From: Macrostomum lignano
Taxonomy: Eukaryota
Direction of reading: 5' to 3'
NCBI GenBank assembly: GCA_002269645.1
Contig: NIVC01000988.1
Coordinates: 310,001-374,000 of the forward strand
DNA: 64,000 bases
Both the position numbers and the translations under genes were made by a program. Below are positions 53,136 through 64,000 of this stretch, one piece after another. Under the pieces are notes generated by a model. It was not told where the DNA came from. It was given only the letters and a program-made list of their open reading frames with translations, and made no database searches. Position 1 is the stretch's first letter; every line of letters begins with the position of its first letter.

Positions 53136-53610
53136 CCCCTTAGACTACCACTCACTCCAATGAAATAGGTCACGTGACAATGAAATGAAGAGGCACCTCC
53201 TCAAACGAAATCCCCCCCTAGACTACCACTAACTCTAATGAAATAGGTCACGTGACAATGAAATGAAGAGTCGCCTCCTCAAACGAAATGCCCCCCCTAG
53301 ACTACCACTCACTCTAATGAAATAGGTCACGTGACAATGAAATGAAGAGTCGCCTCCTCAAACGAAATTCCCCCCCCCCCTAGACTACCACTAACTCCAA
53401 TGAAATAGGTCACGTGACAATGAAATGAAGAGTCGCCTCCTCAAACGAAATGCCCCCCCCCTAGACTACCACTCACTCTAACGAAATAGGTCACGTGACA
53501 ATGAAATGAAGAGTCGCCTCCTTAAACGAAATGCCCCCTCTAGACTACCACTCACTCTAATGAAATAGGTCACGTGACAATGAAATGAAGAGTCGCCTCC
53601 TCAAACGAAA
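53136..53610 (+). repeat. About 80-bp tandem repeat, 6 copies, each with palindromic GTCACGTGAC
   Basis: Direct inspection. Confidence 0.92.
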
Positions 53611-54371
53611 CGGCGCCTTAAATCAAAGATCAAAGGCGGCATTTCATTTCAACTCAAAGTGTTCATTTCAAATAGCTAGATGCATAACAAGGCGGACGGT
53701 TTCTTTTAATGAAAGTTTTCTGCTACAGATATGAACTAAAAAAGAGGTTTACCAAATTATGAAGAGAAAAGCATGGTTAGCATGGTAAGCCTTCGGCTCT
53801 TGGTAACACAACTCATTTTTTCACCCAAATGTTCGAACTGTATTGACGTTTCTTTATTGTTTTTAACTTACTCGTAGTTATTCGTTAAATTCTAATTGAA
53901 ATTGCGTGCTTCGCTTGAACTGTTACGGGTATCATAGTCATGCAACTTATGGTTTAGCAATAAGTCAACTCTAACACACACTTGCGTCAACGCGGGCAGG
54001 CAGGCAATTCAATATGGCCAAACGCTTGCGGTTTATCACCGTTGACTATCTCTTAAGCAGCTAAGTCAGGAGTGCCAATTCAGGAAATGAAATACATGTA
54101 GGTGGTCGAATATTGAAGCCTTATCTAAGTTTATTAAATCATTAGTCAAAGTAAAACTTTTCAATGTTTATACAATTTTAAAGCGTAGTCAACTGATACT
54201 TGGAGAGTTCAAAGTCAGTCTTTGCTTGCCTATTTGACGAAAATGATGCACTGTGACGCATGTAGGGCGATTAGAAAAATTGTCCATTTACCATAACTAA
54301 CAATTAATATTGCTCCACAAAAACGTACAGAACATGGATTAATCTATCGCTCAATATTCCTAATTTGACAG

Positions 54372-54472
54372 TCTGTTCGAGATCACCCAGACGCTATACT
54401 GGTCAGCCTACGGTTTAATAGACCTGTCCAACACCGACCTGGAGTATCAGCACTCATTCACGCAGTTTGTCG
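54372..54472 (+). CDS. Trpgamma: TRPC channel exon 7 (pore helix)
   Basis: tttgacag|T CTG TTC...GTC G|gtgagt. NLFEITQTLYWSAYGLIDL...FTQFVG. Confidence 0.93.
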
Positions 54473-54934
54473 GTGAGTGCGGGCTATCAGCATACAGTAA
54501 AACAAAATCGATACAAGCAATGGAGAATTTGTCCACCGAAACACGTTTTAGCGGTATATGCTTCTGGCATTGGATGTTAAAACATCAATTTACATTATAA
54601 AAAAGGAACTGTTCTGATTGGAAAACAATCAGCACACATGTTACGCACAGAAATCCATGTTTAAATTAAAAAGAATCACAGACGCCAAGTACAACAGACA
54701 GAATACTTTTTTACAGCATACGTGTGAATAAAATTGTGAAATAATCATTGATGCACATTCAGAAGCCTAGTGACGAGTTCTATTTTTACAGTACTTGATC
54801 GAGCTGAACTATCAGAAACAATTAAAGATACGTCTGATATCTACTAAAAAAGATTATGTTAATTAATGTTATAAATAACAAAAATTTTAAAGAAACCCCG
54901 CTATCGTAAGAGCAATGATGCTGAATTGTTGCAA

Positions 54935-55229
54935 TCAAATTTTCCTGCTAAAAGTAGCGGCCCCTACACCTCTGGCTGGTAGAGGTGGTAAATTTCTTTC
55001 GCTAAAGTCGATGGGCTCTTCGTAGACACCTGAATCGGGTCTGCCGGGCCGATCACTTTGTTCCTGTCCGTACTGCATTTGCTGCCGCTCTGTGCTGGTG
55101 ATGTAGGCCGGGTTGGTGCAGTTTGGCAGCTGCGGGTACTGCCCCTCCACCCCAGAAGTTCCAAGCGGCAGGTCCAGGCCGATCCCGTCGCGATTATAGC
55201 TCACCCCGCTGACTAAAATTGGCCGCCGC
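54935..55229 (-). CDS. Nested Delta-like (C2-DSL) gene, exon 7 (cytoplasmic tail, stop)
   Basis: Acceptor ccaaag|G, phase 2, gives RRRPILVSGVSYNRDG...NCTNPAY...GVYEEPI...PPLPARG...SRKI*. Confidence 0.75.
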
Positions 55230-55377
55230 CTTTGGCGTTGGGAGGCGAGTTACAAGTACGCATAAGGGATACGCACGTAGACATGCACACACTAGTATCG
55301 AAAATCAGACGGAGCTACTCTGCTCCATTACTAAATTATTGGGAACCGACTCAAAATAACAACTATGGTATTCTTAC

Positions 55378-55717
55378 CTTCTTCGTCTTCTTGAGCAGAG
55401 CAGTACAGAAGTTACGGCGGTGATGATCCCAATCACGACCAGCATCAGTATGACCACCAGCACCAGATCCAGTCTGGAACTTAAAATTTGCACAATCGAT
55501 GGCTGCACGTCTGAGGCTTGATTAACTTCGCCACTGTTCATGCTGACACTCTGCGAAGTACGAGTACTTGTGGTGCTTTGTAGCAGGGAGCTGGCCGACT
55601 TAGACTCTGTAGATACCGACGGACTTGTTCCGATTGCAGCGGTTGATGAAGTCACTGTTGTTTTAGTTGTTGCTTGAACTGTTGTTGCACTGGTTGCCGC
55701 TTCAGGATTGCAAGTTT
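55378..55717 (-). CDS. Nested Delta-like gene, exon 6 (last DSL Cys, Ser/Thr stalk, transmembrane helix)
   Basis: tttttccag|AA ACT TGC...AGA AG|gtaaga. T/S-rich stalk, LVLVVILMLVVIGIITAVTSVLLC, then poly-Arg stop-transfer. Confidence 0.85.
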
Positions 55718-56185
55718 CTGGAAAAATAAAACAAATCAATAGAATCTAGGGGGTGTCTGTAGGTGGTTTTAGGGAAGGATTTTAAAGCAGGCATCGTGAA
55801 GTGGCTTGGACACTTGGAAACGATAAGTGCGGATGAACTAGTTCGGTATTTGATAATGACAAAAGGCAAACAGGAGAACGTTGTGCGCTTCTTGCAATTC
55901 TGTCCAAATTGTGCTATCCTGAGCTTTAAACTGACGTGAAATCCACATTTTGTCCAGCGAATCCCCTGGATGGGATGATGTTTTGTTTGCGTTCCTAGTC
56001 AACTGGCCTGAAGAATTCACTTTTTGAGGCTCTACGAGTATTTCAGCGCTTAAGTCAACAATACATTTGCCAATTTTAGAAAACCTGTCGCTTTTCAATG
56101 CCTGTACCTGAAGGAAACTATTAAAAAGTACTTTCTGTAACTGATCGAGACACTTAAAAATATGTAAGACAATATTATTACTAAC

Positions 56186-56313
56186 CTGGCAATGAGCAAA
56201 CTAATATTCCGTCAGAATTGCAACTCCATCCGGATTGTACAGAGCGACAAAGTTTGTCACATTTTTGGCCATAGAAGTTCAAGTCGCACCGGTGCCAAAC
56301 AGACAGTCGCATT
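56186..56313 (-). CDS. Nested Delta-like gene, exon 5 (DSL domain)
   Basis: tacacag|A ATG...CCA G|gttagt. RLSVWHRCDLNFYGQKCDKLCRSVQSGWSCNSDGILVCSLP has DSL-type C-x8-C-x3-C spacing with the F/YYG motif. Confidence 0.85.
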
Positions 56314-56393
56314 CTGTGTAATTTCAGCGACAGTGGTGTCTCATTCTTATTCTAAAAACTTTAATAAAGCTTTGTAGTATTGATCTGACTCAC

Positions 56394-56584
56394 TTGATCG
56401 ATATCGGAGCTGGTGCCAAAGAACCCAATTCAAGTTTTCTGATCCTGTCCGAGTCGGGATCGAAGGGTTCGCCGTGCAGAAACGGTCTCGGTAGGTCATC
56501 CAGTTGCTGGAAGAAATCAGCAATTTCGTCTCTGTCTAAATCGAACAAGCACTCCTTGACCTTGATGCCGATGGTGATTGGAAA
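56394..56584 (-). CDS. Nested Delta-like gene, exon 4 (end of C2/MNNL-like domain)
   Basis: ttttttag|TTT CCA...ATC AA|gtgagt; 191 nt, open. Confidence 0.8.
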
Positions 56585-56678
56585 CTAAAAAAATGCAGTT
56601 ATTATTTTCAAGTTAACTTGATTTACATGTATTAATTGATTTCAGCAAGGTCAGGGCACTGGCACAAAAATCACTTAC

Positions 56679-56796
56679 TATGTAAGGGGAATGCATCCGA
56701 TAACGCAACGGATTTGGTAGCGCCGTGCCAATTGTGTTCTCAAACAAAATATGATTTTTGTTGTTGAAACAGTCAGACTTTTTCTCGTCCAAACCC
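56679..56796 (-). CDS. Nested Delta-like gene, exon 3
   Basis: ttcacag|G GGT...TAC ATA|gtaagt. DC...LPNPLRY resembles the C-x-n-NPI segment of Delta N-termini. Acceptor choice is inferred from frame. Confidence 0.7.
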
Positions 56797-56870
56797 CTGT
56801 GAATTGGCAGTTCAACTCTAAGAAATAAACGCAAAATTTAACAAAGGCTTCCATTGGCTTTTGGGCTTAC

Positions 56871-56995
56871 CAGCCGCCTCTAACTTCAATGATGAACTTC
56901 GGGTCGCAAGGTCGGCCGCTGTCGCAGTTGGCGTGATCAGCTTTCAAGCCAAGATGGTTTTCAAATTCGTCGAATTTCACAAAGAATGTTCCATT
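56871..56995 (-). CDS. Nested Delta-like gene, exon 2 (start of C2/MNNL-like domain)
   Basis: ttctcag|AAT GGA...GGC TG|gtaagc. NGTFFVKFDEFENHLGLKADHANCDSGRPCDPKFIIEV resembles Delta G.FE.....F.N..G......CC...C...F.V. Confidence 0.82.
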
Positions 56996-57100
56996 CTGAG
57001 AAGCAAGCGGTAGTTACATGCGATTCTCAAGTCATGATATCTTGCTCAAAGATTGTACCGTTATATCTAAATAATTCAATTTTCTTGCAAATGTACTCAC

Positions 57101-57169
57101 TGCTTCAACGATGGATATTAAAGGAGTGGAGAGCAGAAACGCTAAACGCAATAAATTTGTAGTAACCAT
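57101..57169 (-). CDS. Nested Delta-like gene, exon 1 (signal peptide)
   Basis: ATG...GAA GCA|gtgagt. MVTTNLLRLAFLLSTPLISIVEA with a VEA cleavage-type motif. The seven exons total 1266 nt (421 aa plus stop). Confidence 0.78.
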
Positions 57170-57838
57170 ATCGCTAGCATATAGTGTTGAAATGTAGAAT
57201 TTTCTCAATTTTTGTCACCAAGGCGTTTTCTTATATGCCTGCTGATATTTATTAATTGGCGTCTTGACTATCGCTTCGTAATAGCAGATTTGGCTTAGCG
57301 ATATCAAATGCCAGACTTATCCACAACTAGGTTTATAACACTTCTTAGCAGCCGCAAGGCTGTATAGGGCCAACGTACGCAACTTCGTGGCTTTTCTATG
57401 ACATCAGTCGCTACAGTTTCAAAGGCAAGCTGAGAGGGTTTAAAATTGGTTTAGCTAAAAGCTATTATTGGACTGACTGAACTTAGCGAAGTGACGAATC
57501 AAAATTTCGTCCCTCCAATCAAAGGTTCCTCTATTTTTTGCGACGGTAAAATAATGTAATTTAAGAACGTAATGATTTTACAAATTCCATACACTAAAAA
57601 TGGTTTGTCGGTATCTATCTTAAGCTCTAAGCACGAAGATTGCACAGTTGCACAGGAAGAAATTTACCGAACCAAAAAAACCAGGTGCGAGCGGAAAATG
57701 CATGGAAAAGCATCAACTTGAACTCAAAGACGGGAATGCTTCGTTTTTTTCGGGTGCTAATCAGCAGTAATAAGCGGTAGATTTAAACAAATTCTATTTT
57801 TAGAAATCAAACTTTCAACTGCCATTTAAATTCCGCAG

Positions 57839-57933
57839 GCAAACTCATGTTCGGAGCATTCTGCGCCATCACTTTTATTGTGCTGCTCAATATGCTGATC
57901 GCGATGATGAATTGCAGCTATGAGTACATTGCG
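57839..57933 (+). CDS. Trpgamma: TRPC channel exon 8 (S6)
   Basis: ttccgcag|GC AAA...GCG|gtaaga. GKLMFGAFCAITFIVLLNMLIAMMNCSYEYIA. Confidence 0.95.
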
Positions 57934-58324
57934 GTAAGACGCCTTTGCTTTGTTTTGTATGCACTTATAAGTCCTAATCTGTATCGGTTCTAATGGATTT
58001 ACTGGCTTTTCATTAGCTTGTAAAAACCTTCGTGATCTCGATGCTAGGTCATGTCCAAAGTACGTCGTTGTAAAAATTGGTAAAATCTAGGGTTCTATTG
58101 AATAATCGGTAATATCTAAGGTTGTAATAAAGAATACAGCATATTTAGGATCCTACTAAAAGTACATGTAGTTGGCAGTAAAAAGGATCATATCCAGAGT
58201 CTAATCCTGTGTCCTACGAGTACTAAAGATATCGTGCGCAAGGTCCTGATGAATCAAGGTCATGCAGGTATCTAGGATCACAATTAAAATATCACTTCCG
58301 GGATCCCAGTGAAAAAATTGGTGA

Positions 58325-58699
<375 letters not shown>

Positions 58700-59159
58700 T
58701 GAGCTGCGAAAGAATTCATGATATTAGTATCAACAATTGGAAGTCATCAAGACCGAGTTCTATTGCACAATACAAAATCTAGGCGAAAATTCACGTGACT
58801 GTGGGTCTTACAACGATTTAAGCACACTAAGCTATTATAAGAATCGTGTGTTTTTGCTGGAAGACTTCATTTATGTTATTTATACCCGTTTTGGCCGCAC
58901 CGAATAAGTCCATGGTCCGATTTTAAAACGCTTATTTGTCCCGGCCAAAAAAACGATCAAAATAAATGAGACAGACGAATGAGCCGCGGGAAAGTACTTA
59001 AAGAAATACATGTTCAAGCAACAGATTACAATGCTTTAGAATAGCGAACAGTTGTTATGTTAAACAGTTTCTTTGGCTTGATCAGCTCAATCAAAGTAGA
59101 CAATCACGCGAAATTTGGTCTAGCCCGCACAGCTCCACATTGGAACCCCAAATCACGGA

Positions 59160-59370
59160 ACTCATCAGAGTTCTCTTCTCTTCGCACGTCGGCTCTCATT
59201 GAATTCCACGTCCTTCCAGAGGCTCCATGGCTTTCCGCATTGGTTGAACAAGTAGCGTTGCAGCATGCTGTAAATAATCCTTCAGCGTAGAAGCGCCATA
59301 GCGATCACCACTTTTATTTCGGATCTCTAAGATAAACTACTTAAGGTATCGCGCTTGCTCAACTGGGATA
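59160..59370 (-). pseudogene. Crypton-like (tyrosine-recombinase DNA transposon / DUF3504-related) fragment
   Basis: FILEIRNKSGDRYGASTLK /frameshift/ IIYSMLQRYLFNQCGKPWSLWKDVEFNESRRAKRREL* resembles the F..EIR.K.G..Y...TL......LQRYL......D.EF..SR pattern of animal Cryptons (recalled pattern, not searched). Confidence 0.5.
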
Positions 59371-59807
59371 GTCGGTTGCGGGTGCCAATGGCAAGTCACT
59401 CAAGACAGCTTCGACTTCAGCAAGACTAAGTGGTTCAAAGCCGACGCAGTCAACATCACTCATGTTGAAAATATTGTAACTCGAAAATGTCACAAAAATT
59501 AAAGAGATTTAGTAGAGACAACCACTCACTCTTAAATACCTACATGTAACGCAGTTATTTTCGTCAACTGCATCAAACCAACATTTCTCTATGTTTAAAA
59601 CTTACATTCTCTGACAGTAAAAACAGTTCTGGGCCACTGTACACCCTTTGTGATTGCACGCCCGTGTACATATCCGTGTGCGTATGCGTACTAAGAGGCC
59701 AGGGGCCCGTACTACGAGCGGTCTACTGTATTGTACTGTACTGTGGGGTCTTCAATCTCAAAAGAAGGTTTCTAATCAGTACGCTACGTACGCATCAATA
59801 CTTGCAG

Positions 59808-59991
59808 AACGTTATGCGAGACCTTGTCAAGCGCTACCTCATGGCCAGAACGAGAGCCGACGAGAAGCAGGGCGTCACGGAGGATGACTTGAACGAGATC
59901 AAAGGCGACATTTCCTCATTTCGCTTTGAACTGTTGGAGATTCTGCGCACCAATGGCATGAAGACGCCGGCTTATACTCAGCAGAGATCGA
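59808..59991 (+). CDS. Trpgamma: TRPC channel exon 11 (C-terminal coiled coil)
   Basis: cttgcag|AAC...TCG A|gtgagt. VMRDLVKRYL...GVTEDDLNEIKGDISSFRFELLEIL. Confidence 0.95.
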
Positions 59992-60074
59992 GTGAGTGGC
60001 GGGGTCTGGGGTGGCTGGGAGACTGCGGATTTTGCGTGAACTTGGAAGAAGAGAGCTGGGCTGGTTATGGGAGA

Positions 60075-60600
60075 ATTTGGATTCTTAGAATTCGAGAAAA
60101 GAGAGGACGGATTCTTAGAAAGAAAGGCCGGATTCTTAGAAAGAGAGGGCGGATTCTTAGAAAGAGAGGGCGGATTCTTAGAAAGAGAGGGCGGATTCTT
60201 AGAAAGAGAGGGTGGATTCTTAAAAAGAGAGGGTTGATTCTTAGAAAGAGAGGGTGGATTCTTAAAAAGAGAGGGTTGATTCTTAGAAAGAGAGGGTGGA
60301 TTCTTAAAAAGAGAGGGTTGATTCTTAGAAAGAGAGGGTTGATTCTTAGAAAGAGAGGGTGGATTCTTAAAAAGAGAGGGTTGATTCTTAGAAAGAGAGG
60401 GCAGATTTTTAGAAAGAGAAGAAAGAAGAATTTTAGGAAAAAGAGGACAAATTCTTAGAGTACCTGGTAGATTCCTGGTAGATATAGGGTAGATTCTTAG
60501 AATTCAAAGTAAGAGAAGGAGGATTCTTAGAATTCAAGAGTTTCAAGGAAAGAGAGCGGTTTCTTATAGAATTCGCGGAAAGAGAGGGCAGAATCGGAGA
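60075..60600 (+). repeat. 20-bp minisatellite (GGATTCTTAGAAAGAGAGGG)n
   Basis: Direct inspection. Confidence 0.92.
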
Positions 60601-61184
60601 GGGAAAGTGGTTTCTTAGAATTCAGGGAGGGAGGGGCGATTTCCTGGAATGTTAGGTTGGAAACAGACTGATTCTACAAAGAAGTTGAAGATGATGTTAG
60701 ATGATAGAAAGAGTAAAATATAACCTTACCTTCACAATGTAACACAAAAATGAGTGTAGGTGTGTCATACATCTGTGATGGAGAAACAGACAGAAGCAAT
60801 TTGAATGATAAAATTCGAGGAAAATAATATAATTAATACCCGGTTACGGTTGCAATTAGTAGGTAGCAGCTGTATCATAAGGCTGAGTGTTTACCCTCTC
60901 TATATTCCACACTCGGTTTATAACAAATCCACTGCAGTTCTCATGAATAAAAGAGGATTCAGTGATGGTGCGATAAGCGGATGCTGCTCTGTGGGAGTTC
61001 GGAGTAATTATAGATGTAGCCAGTAACTGCTCTGATCAGGATAGGAATTGGCAGCGTTGAAGACTCAGGTGATTTACATGAACTGCGGGAGGTGTTATCA
61101 CAATTATTGATTCCTCCTTTAGTATCAAATCTTCTCACTAAAAAGTGAATCACGCAGCGTTCTTTTTAATTGTAGTTAGTTTCT

Positions 61185-62497
<1,313 letters not shown>

Positions 62498-62540
62498 AAA
62501 TAATCTGTGACTCAAACCAAAATTGTTTGTTTAACTTCAG

Positions 62541-63004
62541 CCAAGCTCAGGCGCCGCGGCAGCAAGCGTACGATGCAGAGCCGGAGGCTGGGTACTCGCG
62601 GCGCCGGTTCCGCAGGGGACGAGTCGACAGCCGGGTTGGGTCAAACTGGTTTCGGCGTCATTAACAACAACAGCTTGGATAATAACAACAGTAATAGCTA
62701 CTACACCGGCAGCAATGGCAGTCTAACTGTGCCATCGCATTATCCAGACTTTGCAAACGAATCTACAATGCATCAACAGCAGCCGGCGCCTCCGCAGCAG
62801 CTTCCAGCTTCGTCAGCATCATCAATGGAGCTAACACTGAGCGCAGTTGATCTAGCTAGGCAGCAGCAGCTTCAGCAACAGACACCTTCAGAATCGAGAC
62901 TTCCAACAGCCAGTTTCGCATCGGGGCTGTCGTCCACCGAATCCGCCGACGGGCAACCTGAAATCAGTCTGGAAGCCAAAGAACGACGCAGCGATCTGGT
63001 GTGA
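62541..63004 (+). CDS. Trpgamma: TRPC channel exon 12 (low-complexity C-tail, stop)
   Basis: aacttcag|CC AAG is phase 1, consistent with exon 11. Total CDS from ATG 35747 is 2964 nt. Confidence 0.85.
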
Positions 63005-64000
63005 TGATGTTGCAACATTTGAAAAACAATATTTTTACAGCCTAGGATACTAAAACTCGACTGACGTACATGTATACTATAGGTCGTGGAATATTGTCTG
63101 ATTTGATTTTTTATGGTTTTGTATCACTCTAAGACAATGAACTTACGTACGGTATTTCGTCTGTGAAAGTAATACTAATTAATCGGTGATATTATCTGAT
63201 AGTATCTGATATTTTTATTATACAAGTTTTTCACAATGCCAGTCACAATGGCAATTAATATATACTCAACAAAATTGAAAACCACCAACCCCAGACTCAG
63301 TGCACCTAGATGAGCATGAAGCCGTACCTGAATTCAAACACTATGCCAATGCTGATCTACGGTCGCTGTTTGCAAAGTTTCTGAGTATACATACAGTTTC
63401 GGCCATTATTCTAGCAGTAACTGTTAATTGTGTAAAATGGCATCATCAGGACTGCTTTCCTACCTTTATTATCTGTTAACCTTTCCTAATGTAAAGTTTC
63501 TTTCAAATTAGCGTGGGAAATAAGTTTGGAATAATGCCATCTGTGCTGGGTAAAGTACATATAATGCACGGGTTTAGTATTGTTGCTTGGTTAATTAATA
63601 ATTGTGTCAAATTTTTTGTTACAAAACTTATATTCTTCATAATCATAATTAGCTGTTGTTGTGTCGCTGTGTGCAGGTTGCTCGGAACTATACTGCAAGA
63701 CGAAAAATTATGAGTATTTTCCTATATACATTCCAATGCAATCCAGAATCTCCATTCCAAATAAATTCAATTGCCTATCTAAATGATAGTTGCGCCTAAG
63801 GAGTAAATGGATTAGCAAGTAGTATCGTTGAATGTGCAGATATAAAATCGATATCTCTCAGCCACCTGCACCTCATGCGCGTAGAGGCCTATGCATGTAT
63901 TTATTAGCCACTGTAGCGTAGCGTGTAAAATACAAGAGCCTGTGTAGGCGGTTGAACACGCCAGATAGAGAATCGATAACCATTTAGCCACCACCCCAAC

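Noticed and set aside
55838-56098. Possible EGF-repeat exon of the nested ligand
   Set aside because: No EGF cysteine spacing in this ORF, and exons 5 and 6 join directly in phase, completing the sixth DSL cysteine.
59664-60458. 264-aa ORF with an Arg/Lys-rich tail
   Set aside because: TRPC exon 11 read through into intronic 20-bp repeats.

Overview
Repeat-dense eukaryotic (animal) genomic DNA. GC-rich spliced exons, short introns, many minisatellites and TTAGGG repeats suggest an invertebrate, possibly a flatworm such as Macrostomum (inference only). Three spliced genes were reconstructed by hand with consistent GT-AG junctions and phases. (1) An SLC35A4-type nucleotide-sugar transporter (minus, 4 coding exons, 8498-11455, about 371 aa). 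(2) A TRPC/TRP-gamma-like channel (plus, 12 coding exons, about 35.7-63.0 kb, at least 987 aa). (3) Not visible as a whole in the ORF track: a 7-exon antisense gene nested in TRPC intron 7 (54935-57169, 421 aa) encoding a Delta-like type I membrane protein with signal peptide, C2/MNNL-like domain, DSL domain, Ser/Thr stalk, TM and tail, but no EGF repeats. Mobile DNA: a foldback-like pair of inverted 161-bp arrays, a 5'-truncated RTE-like LINE, a roughly 13.2-kb hAT-like TIR element containing a head-to-tail trimer of non-autonomous Helitrons loaded with satellites and telomeric repeats, a P-element/THAP9-like transposase pseudogene, a roughly 6.4-kb TIR-bounded satellite block and a Crypton-like remnant. 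Most long ORFs in the supplied track are translations of tandem repeats.
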